63,581 nt of DNA, filler included, from Pelomyxa schiedti (GCA_020536535.1; 13 parts of 13 records of this genome joined end to end with filler, not necessarily neighbours in it), one strand, 5' to 3'. Positions 47,313-58,760 are shown, numbered from the whole stretch's first letter. Notes: generated by a model from the sequence alone, not told the origin. A program made the numbers and translations.

Positions 47313-47645
47313 CAGCACAAGCAACAGCCCCACACATCCCATAATTCCAAACTCCCGCCACTCTCTCACACTGTCCCCGCAAACCACAACCAACAACCCT
47401 CATCAAAGCCACAGAATCACCACACAACAACAAACAAACCACAACATTCTGTTGCTTTCCCTCAAAAACCACACAACAACACACACATAAATACAACAGC
47501 AGCAACAACAACCACTCACAAACCAAACAACAACAGCAAGAACAAACCCAAACTGCAAATGTCAGCCGTCGATGCTATGTATGATACACACCGGTTCTCT
47601 GACAACGACGATTACGACGATAACAGCTACAGTAGCTCCTCATGA
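47313..47645 (+). CDS. Low-complexity 3' end of a gene, partial
   Basis: Open H/N/T/P/Q-rich frame ending MSAVDAMYDTHRFSDNDDYDDNSYSSSS*. Confidence 0.55.
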   Translation, partial: QHKQQPHTSHNSKLPPLSHTVPANHNQQPSSKPQNHHTTTNKPQHSVAFPQKPHNNTHINTTAATTTTHKPNNNSKNKPKLQMSAVDAMYDTHRFSDNDDYDDNSYSSSS

Positions 47646-48883
47646 GAACAAACTTGGCATGTATTGGTGATTGATTGTACAGAGATGGTTCGTTGGCGGA
47701 GTTTAGTTTTTCTTTATTTTAGTTTGTAGCTCAGGAGAAACCAGGCGTAGTAATTATAGTCATCAGGGTAGGGATTGTTGAACTTCCTGTTGCAGGTGAT
47801 GTAGCTGACCAAAATAGTTCTCCTTATGTACACGTGCAACCCAGGTGGGTCTCAAAGTTCTGCCCAAAAACTTCTCTGGCACTGGTTTCATCAAAAACCT
47901 CCGTTCCAAAACAAAAATCCGAATGTTGTGGGATTTTTTGGAAACGCGTGCGAGGTCGCATCTCTGTGTCTGGATGGGGGTACTTTTGTTAGTGGGCATT
48001 TCTACAATTTATTGCTTCGTGTTTGGGCTGTGGGCTCTAGGCCACGTGGGTTACTTCCCTCTGGTAGTTGCCAACTGTTACGCCTCTGAAAGCAGTTAGA
48101 CTCCTCCTCCTCCTCCTCCCCCCCCCATTCCGTTTTGTACTCCCCACTGTGCACCAACTGCGCACAGATGTTTTCTATTCTCGTGCTGAAAACCCAGACT
48201 GCTTTGCACAATGGCGTGTTGACATCACTGCCAATGTAAAACATGAGGATGGCACAACGGCCATTGAAATGTGAGCACGCCACACTTATTTATTTTTGTT
48301 TTGATGAAACAATAAATGATAACGACGCAGTTTCTATGGCAAAGCAGCGCTGGCTGAGGCTGATGCTGGTTCATGGGTAGATTGTGAGTATGCTCGGGCC
48401 GAGCTCAATTACTGGCCCATCGGTCAGAATTACACCTGTTGGTTCAACCCAGATGAAAGTTAGTAGCACCCATTTCCGTTGCTCTCTTTTTATACTGATG
48501 ATTTGAACCAAACAAAACCAAACAAAACGAAAACGCATCACATGAATAAAAAACACAGAGGAATAGCTAGCTGACCTATTTCATCATTTCAACAGTTGTA
48601 AGGTACCCAACAATCCCTGAAGTCGAAGAAGATGACTATAATAACTACGCCTGGTTCCACTATTATCCTGGTGAACTGGATGCCTCTGTTGATTTCTTCA
48701 CCCTGGGTGTTTCATTACTGGTCTTGGGTTCAGTCTCAGTGATAACAATGTGTGTACTTTGTGTGTAAGAAAATTCGATAATGATAATGTTTGTTATTCC
48801 CGTGTTGGACATACAACCGGGACCCAGATTGGTGACTTTATAGTACAAATGGAATCACATGATAGCTGATTGACAATTTCGCA

Positions 48884-49191
48884 TTAGGAGTGGTGAACTA
48901 TTGACAGGGTGATGCCATGCTTCTTTCTGTTGAATGTAGCCTCCAGGTCAACAAACACAACAACCTCGCTGCTCCTGGGGTCGCCATCCACCACACCTGG
49001 CATTCCCACTATGTCACTATCATGATAGGCCTGTGTCCACTCTGGATAACCAACAGGACCCAGTCGTCGGCCCACTGCCTCACCAACGCCGGCGACCGCG
49101 CCACTCCGTCATCGACGGGCAACGCTGTCCCACAATTGCAGCACAGCACACCGCCATCACTTGTGACTTGGCCGTTGTGACCGTCATCATT
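48884..49191 (-). pseudogene. Family-B relic (frameshift and large internal deletions)
   Basis: TTAKSQVMAVCCAAIVG..CPSMTEW, frameshift, RSPALVRQWADDWVL, then directly EVVVFVDLEATFNRKK. Confidence 0.85.
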
Positions 49192-49228
49192 CTGTTCGAG
49201 GGGAACAAATCAAAATTTTGTTTTTCTT

Positions 49229-50500
49229 TCAAGGATAAGGTTTGAAAGCGAACACACTTGGGAATGGAACAACGAACCCTCCAAAGTGAAAGCCAGTGAC
49301 ACCATGATGCAGGGAAAACTCAACTTCAGTGCTGAAGGCACTCGTTTCTGGTCCGCAGTTTGAGTGTGACGTGGAAAGAATGAGGCCAGTTTGTGTGTCG
49401 CACTGTGCCCAAGTGCATGGAACACAAAGCGATGGCTCAGTGAAGCTCCCAGTGCGAAATACCTGGAACCTTGTGACATCCGACCACTTTGACGACCGAG
49501 AAAACAGGTGATCCTTGCTGAGTGGTTTCACGAAATCGTTCGGAGGGAACACCCAGATTGCACTGTGCCCTGGTGAGGCGTCAACAAGGGTGTAACATGG
49601 CCGGTAGACTGTTGTTGACATCAAATTTCTCTTCAAAATGCAAGCAGAACCATCAGGCAGCCACGTGACAGCTGCTGTGGCCAATGCGCCGTGTAGTGGC
49701 CCGCAGTCAATCTTTGAAGTGAAGACCAGCTCCTTCTTGTTGCCGAAAGTCTCCTCCAAGTCAACAAAGGCAACAACCTCATTTTCAGAAGAATCATTCC
49801 CATGAATCATCACCGTGTCACCAAGGAGTGTGACCTCGTCAACTGGCAGGCCACCACTGCACTTCACGACAACATCAGCCCCAGTAGGCGCACCACGTGA
49901 AACCTTGTGGATGTAGAGAAAGGAGTCACGGGCATCATCATGGCGGCCCACAATCCACTTCCTGTTGCACTGCGGCGAACTAACTGGTGCCCACTGACCC
50001 AGGGATGTATCTGGGGCACACCCCACTGCCTTTTGGGTAATAGTATCCCACATGAAGTACTCCCTGTTGTGCCCAACGCCATCAAAATCTTTGGAATGTG
50101 CCACAAGCACCCTGTTGTCACCAATGCAGCCGCACACCCTCTCACCCAATTCTGAGTCAAAAGTGAACACCGAGAGGTTCACCACTCCCAGAGTCAGTGA
50201 CACACCCACGCACATATACTTGTGCTGGTACCGAGTCTCCCTTGTTGTCCCCTTTATTGGGAGCCTGAAAACTGCCTCCCACAATGGGGGGAGGACCCAG
50301 TCGTCGGCCCACTGCCTCACCAGCGCCGGCGACCGCGCCCACTCCGTCATCGACGGGCAAGGCCCGATTATGGTTGAGGACCGTTGGGCCTCCTCCCCCG
50401 TCGCTGTGACACCACCGCAATTGCAACCGGTGGTGCGGCGTCCCACAATTGCTGCGCCGCACACGGCCATCACCTGCGAATTGGCTGTCGTTGCCTTCAT
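49229..50500 (-). CDS. Family-B protein, intact, intronless, 423 aa (B4)
   Basis: ANSQVMAVC, WARSPALVRQWADDWVLPP, VSLTLGVV, GCIGDNR, CNRKWIV, EFSLHHGVTG, FKPYP*. Confidence 0.9.
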   Translation of the reverse strand: MKATTANSQVMAVCGAAIVGRRTTGCNCGGVTATGEEAQRSSTIIGPCPSMTEWARSPALVRQWADDWVLPPLWEAVFRLPIKGTTRETRYQHKYMCVGVSLTLGVVNLSVFTFDSELGERVCGCIGDNRVLVAHSKDFDGVGHNREYFMWDTITQKAVGCAPDTSLGQWAPVSSPQCNRKWIVGRHDDARDSFLYIHKVSRGAPTGADVVVKCSGGLPVDEVTLLGDTVMIHGNDSSENEVVAFVDLEETFGNKKELVFTSKIDCGPLHGALATAAVTWLPDGSACILKRNLMSTTVYRPCYTLVDASPGHSAIWVFPPNDFVKPLSKDHLFSRSSKWSDVTRFQVFRTGSFTEPSLCVPCTWAQCDTQTGLILSTSHSNCGPETSAFSTEVEFSLHHGVTGFHFGGFVVPFPSVFAFKPYP

Positions 50501-50574
50501 GGTTGATTTAGATGCTGTGGATGCCTGTGGTTCTGTGAAAAAAAAGAACCCAAAACGAAGTCGTAGATTCATCA

Positions 50575-51776
50575 TCAGGGATAAGGTTTGAATGTGAAGA
50601 GGCTTGAATATGTAACTCTGAACACACCAATGTGCATCCCACTCACACCATCATGCAATGAGAACTCAATCTCAATATCAGACATTCTTTTTCCCCCGTG
50701 GTTGTTGTTGTGTGATGTCGAAATGATGATTCCTGTTTGCCTCTCAGGGCATGCCCAACTGCATGGAACACAAAGTGACGGATGTGCAAGGTCACCAGTG
50801 TGAAACACCTGGAACCTCGTGGCTCCTGACCAGGTTGATGGTCGAGAAAAGAGGTGGTGCTTGCTGATTGGCTTCACAAGTTGGTCCTGGGGAAACACCC
50901 ACCTAGTTTTCACCAATTCATCAACAAGGAGGTAAGCTTGGTGATACTCGCTGCCAGTCGTTTCCACAACCCCTCTCACCAAATGGATCCATCAGGCATC
51001 CAAGCCACACCAGCACCCACAGCCTTTCTTGTGATAACCAGCTCCTTTTTGTTGCTGAAGGTAGCCGGCAAGTCAATAAACGCAAGAACACGGCAGTGTG
51101 AAGAATTGCATCCACGAATCACCGCTGTGTCACCAATGAGCGTGAGCTCATCAACAACAGGCAGCTGCCCACCGTTGACAACAACATCAGCCCCAACAGG
51201 CACACCACATGACACCCTGTGTATGTGGAGGAACCACCCAGCTCCAACATCACGGCATCCCACAATCCACCTCCTGTTGCACTGCGGGAAGCCGACTGAC
51301 GCCCAGTCGCTCAGCGACGCCTCCGCGGTGTATCGCCGCTCTTCCAGCACTGCCTGTGTAGTATCCACTATGATGTACTTCTTCTCCCTGTTGCGCCCCC
51401 TGCTCCACGACACATTGGTGCTTGACACCAGAACCCGGTCGTCGCCGATGCAACCGCACACCCTCACACCCAATTCAGAGTGGGACGTGAACACCGAGAT
51501 TCGCACAAGTCCCATTGTGATCGATACACTCACGCACACCATCTTGTGTTGGTTCCACGACTCCCCGGTTGATCCCTCAAGTGGGAGCCGGAACACCGCG
51601 TCCCATAATGGCGGCAGGACCCAGTCCTCGGCCCACTGCCTGAACAACGCTGGCGACCGCGCCCACTGGATCATCGAGGGGCACGGGCCTGCTGTCGTTG
51701 TGGTTGGGCGTCCCACAATTGCGGCGCAGCACACCGCCATCGCTTGTGACTTGGCCGTTGGGGCGGACGGCTTCAT
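50575..51776 (-). pseudogene. Family-B copy with a single 7-nt frameshift deletion (B3)
   Basis: CACCAAATGG near 50980 versus CACCAAAGAGCAAATGG in B1 (53632-53648); otherwise full length. Confidence 0.88.
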
Positions 51777-51942
51777 GACCCGTGATTTGATCGTCGGAAT
51801 TAGTGGAATGCAAAAAAACTGTTTTGTGCGAGCCCTGTTCTGTGTAGCACGATACCAACAGGTGTCACAACAAAGAATCACCAGAATCAAGCAAAGACAG
51901 ACACTGTTTTTTTTTCACCGGAGCTTTATCTTTCCCTTTTCA

Positions 51943-53127
51943 TCAGGGATAAGGTTTGAATGTGAAGAGGCTTGAGTACGTAACTCTGAACACACCAATG
52001 TGCATCCCACTCACACCGTCGTGCAGTGAGAACTCAATCTCAGACATGGTGGCCACACTTTCCCCCCCATGGTTGTTGTGGTGTGATGTTGAGATGATGA
52101 TGCCTGTTTGCCTGTCAGGGTACGCCCATGTGCATGGAACACAAAGTGATGGATTCACAAGGTCACCAGTGTGATACACGCGGAACATGCTGACCTGAGA
52201 CAAGGCCGATGACCGAGAAAACAGGTGGTTCCTGCTGACTGGAATCACAGTTTCATCTGGTGGAAACACGCACCTCCCGGTTTTCTGCACCGCCGTTCCT
52301 CCATCAAGCATCCAAGCCAGGTCATCACCCTCAATTTCCATCGTCAGAACCAGCTCCTTTCTGTTGCAGAAGGTAGCCTGCAAATCAACAAAGGAAACAA
52401 CGCGGCAAGGTGAAGAGTTCCACCCACGAATCATCGCAGTGTCACCAATTAGTGTGAGCTCATTGACAATCGGCAGCTGCCCACTGCACTTGACAACAAC
52501 ATCGGGCCCGACAGGCACACCACATGACACCTTGTGAATGTGGAGAGCGGACTCGGCCCCACAGCCATCGCTGTAACGGAATCCCACAATCCACCTCCTG
52601 TTGCACTGCGGGAAGCTGACCGACTCCCAGGCGCGCAGCGACGCCTCTGGGCTGCTGTGCTGCGCGTACCACACTGGCTGCTTGGTGTCCCTGATGAAGT
52701 ACTCCCTGTCGTGCGCAGTGGGCCACCACACGTTGGCGTTTGACACCAGAACCCGGTCGTCGCCGATGCAGCCGCACACCCTCGCACCAGATTCGGAGTG
52801 GGACGTGAACTCCGTGAGGCCCACGAGTCCCATTGTCATTGACACACTCACGCACACCATCTTGTGTTGTTCCCACGACCCCCCGGTTGATCCCTCAAGT
52901 GGGAGCCGGAACACCGCGTCCCATAATGGCGGCAAGACCCAGTCCTCGGCCCACTGCCTCACCAACACTGGCGACCGCGCCCACTGAATCATCGAAGGGC
53001 ACGGCCCCGTGGTTTTTGCCGCTGTCGTTGGGCGTCCCACAATTGCGGCGCAGCACACCGCCATCGCTTGTGACTTGGCAGTTGTGCCCGAAGACTTCAT
53101 GTCGTTGTGTGCTGTGTCTGTTGACAT
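51943..53127 (-). CDS. Family-B protein, intronless, with in-frame internal deletion (B2)
   Basis: All motifs present; lacks the GSICSLV..YLLVDE segment. Start at 53127 or 53100. Confidence 0.88.
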   Translation of the reverse strand: MSTDTAHNDMKSSGTTAKSQAMAVCCAAIVGRPTTAAKTTGPCPSMIQWARSPVLVRQWAEDWVLPPLWDAVFRLPLEGSTGGSWEQHKMVCVSVSMTMGLVGLTEFTSHSESGARVCGCIGDDRVLVSNANVWWPTAHDREYFIRDTKQPVWYAQHSSPEASLRAWESVSFPQCNRRWIVGFRYSDGCGAESALHIHKVSCGVPVGPDVVVKCSGQLPIVNELTLIGDTAMIRGWNSSPCRVVSFVDLQATFCNRKELVLTMEIEGDDLAWMLDGGTAVQKTGRCVFPPDETVIPVSRNHLFSRSSALSQVSMFRVYHTGDLVNPSLCVPCTWAYPDRQTGIIISTSHHNNHGGESVATMSEIEFSLHDGVSGMHIGVFRVTYSSLFTFKPYP

Positions 53128-53220
53128 CTTCAAGTTCGCGGAAATCACCAGCTGGTGTTTTTTTTAATACAGCCACTTCTCAACCACACCCACTGTTTTT
53201 TTTCGCCTTCTTCGCCTTCA

Positions 53221-54444
53221 TCAGGGATAAGGTTTGAATGTGAAGAGGCTTGAATACGTAACTCTGAACACACCAATGTGCATCCCACTCACACCATCAT
53301 GCAGTGAGAGCTCAATCTCAGGCATGGTGGCCCCACTTTTTCCCCCGTGGTTGTTGTGGTGTGAGGTCGAAATGGTGATTCCAGTTTGCCTGTCAGGGCA
53401 TGCCCATGTGCATGGAACACAAAGTGATGGATGTGCAAGGTCACCAGTGTGAAACACCTGGAACCTCGTGGCTTGCGACCAGTCTGATGGTCGAGAAAAC
53501 AGGTGGTTCCTGCCGATTTGCTTCACAACTTCATCCTGGGGAAACACCCACCTCGTCTTGCGCACTGGAAATTCATCAACAAGGAGGTAACACTGGTGAC
53601 TCTCGCTGCCGGTTGTTTCCACCCCACCCCTCACCAAAGAGCAAATGGATCCATCAGGCATCCAGGCCACGCCATCACCCTCGATCTTTGCTGCGAGAAC
53701 CAGCTCCTTTTTGTTGCTGAAGGTGGCCTGCAAGTCAACCAAGGCAACAACCTGAGCACGCGAAGAGTTGCATCCAGCAATCATGGCGGTGTCACCAAGG
53801 AGTGCGACCTCATCGACGATCCGCAGCTGACCACCGCACTTGACAACAACATCAGACCCAACAGGCACACCACATGACACCTTGTGAATGTGGAAAGACG
53901 GCTCTGCTCCGCCACCATCACGGTATCCCACAATCCACCTCCTGTTGCACTGCGGGAAGCCGACTGACGCCCAGTCGCTCAGCGACGCCTCCGCGGTGTG
54001 TCTCCGAGCGTCCCACAATTCCTTCGTGGCGTCCCTGATGAAGTACTCCCTGTGGCCGCCGCGGCTCCACGACCCGTTCGTGCTTGACACCATCACCCGG
54101 TCGTCGCCGATGCAACCGCACAACCTCAGGCCCAATTCAGAGTGGGACGTGAACACCGAGATTCGCACAAGTCCCACTGTCATTGACACACTCACGCACA
54201 CCATCTTGTGTTGGTTCCACAACTCCCCGGTTGATCCCTCAAGTGGGAGCCGGAACACCGCGTCCCATAATGGTGGGAGGACCCAGTCCTCGGCCCACTG
54301 TCTGAACAACGCTGGCGACCGCGCCCACTGGATCATCGCAGGGCACGGCCCCACCACTGCTGTTGTTGCGGTTGGGCGTCCCACAATTGCGGCGCAGCAC
54401 ACCGCCATCGCTTGTGACTTGGCTGTCGTGGCCGATGACTTCAT
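53221..54444 (-). CDS. Family-B protein, intact, intronless, 407 aa (B1)
   Basis: Start MKSSATTAKSQ chosen by alignment to paralogues; ends TFKPYP*. Confidence 0.9.
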   Translation of the reverse strand: MKSSATTAKSQAMAVCCAAIVGRPTATTAVVGPCPAMIQWARSPALFRQWAEDWVLPPLWDAVFRLPLEGSTGELWNQHKMVCVSVSMTVGLVRISVFTSHSELGLRLCGCIGDDRVMVSSTNGSWSRGGHREYFIRDATKELWDARRHTAEASLSDWASVGFPQCNRRWIVGYRDGGGAEPSFHIHKVSCGVPVGSDVVVKCGGQLRIVDEVALLGDTAMIAGCNSSRAQVVALVDLQATFSNKKELVLAAKIEGDGVAWMPDGSICSLVRGGVETTGSESHQCYLLVDEFPVRKTRWVFPQDEVVKQIGRNHLFSRPSDWSQATRFQVFHTGDLAHPSLCVPCTWACPDRQTGITISTSHHNNHGGKSGATMPEIELSLHDGVSGMHIGVFRVTYSSLFTFKPYP

Positions 54445-54799
54445 GTCGTGTGAAGGTTGAATTTCTTGGAATGAATTTGACAGACTTCTGATTGCAGAAG
54501 AATAGATTGAACATCTGATGAACGTCATCACGGTGTGCATCACAGAAGAAGTAGAACTATGGACTAATAGAGGCAAACGAAAAGCCGCCTGCTGATATTG
54601 TGGATGATGAACGTGAACACATCTGCGCCAGTTTCTTGGAGAACGTGGTGGACAGCCACGGAAGAACCACGTTGTCCCATAATACGTGTGACAGGTGAAC
54701 AACTCGCGCCCCTTCTGTTGCATTGGCCCACAGGCCTCATCATCCCGTCCGTTCGCTTCCCCGAAATCTTTTTTTCTGAATGATGGTTGTCATTTACCC

Positions 54800-55898
54800 T
54801 CAGAGAGTGGATCCAGGAGGTTGTCGTTGGACAAGTACTTGTGTGAGTCGGTCTGCTGTATGCATTGATCTGAGAACAGATGAGTCCGTCAGCGAAGTGA
54901 GGCTGTCAATCACGCTCTCTGTGTATGAGGCGGGTGGAAACATGTCAAGGAGGCACTTCCACGTGGCTGCTGATGCGTACTGGCCGGAATAGTATGGCAG
55001 GCTCCGGGCTTGAGTCAAAACCTTTGTGTGTGCGGTCAAATGTGTGCTGGGGTGTTGGAATCCATTACATACAGAGGAAAGAGTGGTTGGGAACTTGTGG
55101 ATTGCCCACTCAGCACAACCTCGCTTGTTGGAAAGAACCAGGCCAAACAGGAGTGCTGCTGAGGCTGACTCATTCACATGGGAACTGGTCAGGGAGAATT
55201 CTAACACAAGCCACTTGACCACTTTGCTGGAGAAAGGTGTGTTTGTTGTCAGTGCCATTGCGACTTCGTACTGTGTGAATGTGGTGAGTGAAACCAACTC
55301 TTTGGCCTGTGAGAGGGTGCCAGACTTGATTAGATGGTGTAACACTGAAACGTACCATTTCCGTTTCACTGGGATTCGCTTGAGGAGTGTCAAGTGAAGG
55401 TGGATATTTGTCTGTAATTTACAGTGTGATTCAGCTGCATCCTGCTCTGAGAATTTGACATCACACTTTCCAGAGTACTTGTCAAGAAGCCACGCCACAC
55501 AATCGGGTCTTATTGTGTAGCCTCTGCTTTTCTTGAGATGTTGCCCATAGCGGTGGGATTCATACACAGCTTGCCTTGAAACAAGCGGCTTTGACCCATG
55601 TGTGTTGACGTAGAGCTCAATGAGCCAATCTGCAATCTTCTCGTTCAAGGAAGCTATTGCCTCTTGTATGGAGAGTAACAATGTGGAACTGGAAAGAGTG
55701 TCAGTCCCACCCTCTGGAAACAGTGTTTGATACAACAGCTCTACAAGGGACAGGTTATCTTCACTGTTTCTACACAATAACATGAAATGGTTCTCTGTTG
55801 GTTGGACAGACTTCTCCTCAATGAACCACTTTACCAAGTCAATTCCCCAGTTGTAGCAGTACGTCCATGCTGCCCAAATCACATCTTCGTTGCCATCT
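54800..55898 (-). CDS. C-terminal part of a divergent ankyrin-like repeat protein, 5' partial
   Basis: Repeated C..G.IDLVKWFI, LSLVELLY, EKIADWLI, SKVVKWLV, RGCAEWAI helical units; intronless. Confidence 0.65.
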
Positions 55899-55998
55899 NN
55901 NNNNNNNNNNNNNNNNNNNNNNNNNNNNNNNNNNNNNNNNNNTTAATTAATTAANNNNNNNNNNNNNNNNNNNNNNNNNNNNNNNNNNNNNNNNNNNN

Positions 55999-58403
55999 CT
56001 CTCACACTTTCCTTTTCTTGGATGTTCACACAAAAGAAATCACAGAAGAACTGAATGCGCGAATCACACAATTGGAGGAAGAAAACGCAAAGAACCTGAA
56101 GGTTCTCCATGATGAAAGACAACTCAACCTGAAAAGATTTGTTGACTTGACTGCAAAGAACCACGGTTTTAACCTCCTTCTCCTTTCTTCTTCTCTCTGA
56201 ACACACCCCTTCTCACTTCACACTTCTCTTCTCAGTAGTCACACCCATTTTTTTCACTCTCAAAAGACCTGCTGGAAATGATATCCACACTGGAGGAAGA
56301 AAGTGCCAAGAACCTGAAGATCTTTTGTGATGAGAGAGCATCTGATCAACAGAGAATTCATGATCTCCAACACGGTTTGTGCCTCACAACACCTCCTTAG
56401 TTAGCCAGCCACGTGGCCCCCTAACTGTCAATGCAGACATGAATCACATGATGTCACATGTTGAACAAGGAGAAGGCACGTGGTGCAACATTCTGCTCCC
56501 TGAAACCAACAACAACAAAAGCAACCACTGCAAACACTCGCAAATCAGGATTGTATTTGAGGACCATGCCCCTTTCGATGAAATTGTGTGTGGCTACTGT
56601 CCTCTTCAAATGGTACGTTCCTCCCACCCAAATTTCTCTGTGGGTGATGCTGTGGGAAAACACACACCAACACAGGTTGTGAAGATCCTCATCTCAAGGA
56701 AGTTTGGAGTTGAGCCAACACAACAAGTCATTTTCATTGTTGGTTCAGATGATAACCACTCAGAGGAACTATTGACCGATGATCCATTCAGAACCTTGGA
56801 AGAAATTAAACAACAACAACAACAAGGCAACAGCAGCAGCACAAACAGAGTTGTGTCAATACAAGTCCGAATCAAATCAAGCATTACAATACAAGAGAAA
56901 GACTTGAAAGTTGTTTCCACACTTGGAGTTGGATCGTATGGAACTGTTTTCAAGTGCATCCTCTTCCTTCACAACAACAAAACAGCAGCAGCAACATCTT
57001 CATCCTCCTCCCCAACATCACCAGAAACAACAATGACCACAACAACATTTGTGGCAGTGAAATCACTTCACGAAAGCATAAAATCTGAGTTCAACGTCAC
57101 CAGGTTTCAGCAAGAAGCTCTGGTGTGTGTGTGAGCTGTGTTGCTGATGATGTTGGGTGACACACACCAACCCCCTTCGCACCACAGATTTCATCAAGCT
57201 TGAGGCATCCAAATATTGTGAGATGCCTTGGAACGTGCATAACGAGCACTGGATCACTCTGGATTGTCTCTGAACTCATGGAAATGAGCCTCAGGCAGCT
57301 CCTTCATCATGTTTGTTTTACATTTTCTTCTTCTTCACACTTACACAGAACACACAACACACACCAGAAAAGTTTGACATTTGTGGAAGTTGTTGCAGTG
57401 TCTTCAGGAATTGCCAAAGGAATGACTGCACTTCACATGTTTGTGATTTCACCTTGCCTCTTTTTCAAATTGTTTTCTTTTCATGTGGTCTTGTGTTTTT
57501 AAACAATCACAAACACACACAGGAGGAATATCATGCACCGGGACTTGACCAGCAACAACGTTCTCCTGGATTCTTGTGGAACTCCAAAAATTGCTGATTT
57601 CGGTTTTTCTCTCCCCCAACCATTTCTCATTCCACATTTCTCATGATTACCAAAGGAGTGTCAAGAGCAAGCGTTGGACCTGGCCACAGTGGTGGAGTTA
57701 GACCAACACCACTTGTTGGGACTTTCACAAACGGTGCAGGAACACCGATTTACCTGCCACCACAGATGCACACTCGTCACTACGGAATTCAAGGTGTTGG
57801 AGGGGGGGAAATTCTTGAACTCGGTTTTGTTCTTACACTCACCAATCGCAGGAGACATGTGGGAGTTCGCAGTTTTGTTGAGTGAACTTCTCCAAGGCGC
57901 CATCCCGGAGGTCACACTGCCAAAGTCCACTGACAAAATCAGTGAGTTTATGAGGCTCCAGAGGTCTTCGCTGTCATCCCCTGAAATTGCCGGTTCGTTG
58001 TTTCCACTCATCAACCAAAAAATAATTCTCACACACTTCACAGAAGTTGACCGGCTTTGCAGTGACATTGGGGACATTCCCGTTGCAGAGTGCCTAAGCC
58101 GGAGAATCGCAATCATTTCCGCGTTGCGTTCTGATCCCAAGATGAACAACAAAAACGTGCACCGTGCGTGCGTTGGTCTGTTCTCTCTCGTTGTTGAGTC
58201 CTGCCTCTCAATCCTCGGTTCGTTCCTTTTTTCCCCTCATGTGTTCAGCCTTGACCCTTCCTCACCCACAGAGACCGACCGGCCGTCGTTCCCCGCAATT
58301 GAGAAAATCATGATGACATGCACAGAGCTCATAGTCACAACAACCACCAGTTCAGGTGGTGGTTCCGCACCCACAATCATCACAAACACAGCAACAACAA
58401 CAA
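55999..58403 (+). CDS. Coiled-coil + ubiquitin-like + TKL-type protein kinase, partial at both ends
   Basis: VKILISRKFGVEPTQQVIF (Ubl-like); LGVGSYGTV, VAVK, LRHPNIV, HRDLTSNNVLL, KIADFG (split by an intron), GTPIYLPPQ, DMWEFAV, RPSF. Confidence 0.9.
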
Positions 58404-58503
58404 NNNNNNNNNNNNNNNNNNNNNNNNNNNNNNNNNNNNNNNNNNNNTTAATTAATTAANNNNNNNNNNNNNNNNNNNNNNNNNNNNNNNNNNNNNNNNN
58501 NNN

Positions 58504-58624
58504 CTGAAAAAATGTGAAGCACAGTGGGTGTTGAAACCCCCCACAAGCTGGGAAAAAAGGGTATTTCTCACAAACAGGAAGCCTGGTATTAAGGCAAAAG
58601 CCTGACTGGGTTGGCAAGCGCTTA
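58504..58624. mobile_element. Second copy of the transposon-like terminus seen at 24293-24382
   Basis: Shared GGGAAAAAAGGGTA..AAGCCTG..GGCAAAAGCCTGACTGGGTTGGCA..GCTTA; abuts the MORN pseudogene. Confidence 0.65.
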
Positions 58625-58760
58625 TTTGGTGTTTCATCTCCACTGTGGGAAGGATGAGACAAGGGAAGAGTCGCCAAAAGGAAAACACACATTCTTTTTG
58701 AGTTTCTCCTCTCCTCTCCTCTCCTCTCCTCTTTTCTCCTCTCTTCTTCTCTGGAAATAT

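Noticed and set aside
24383-54444. Diversity-generating retroelement, CRISPR or integron behind the arrays
   Set aside because: No reverse transcriptase, Cas or integrase in the window; no template/variable repeat pair with adenine-specific changes noticed; no regular repeat-spacer or attC-like hairpins in the spacers.
50854-54460. Long plus-strand ORFs (373, 190 and 128 aa) over family B
   Set aside because: Antisense shadows of GC-rich coding sequence, not consistently open between paralogues.
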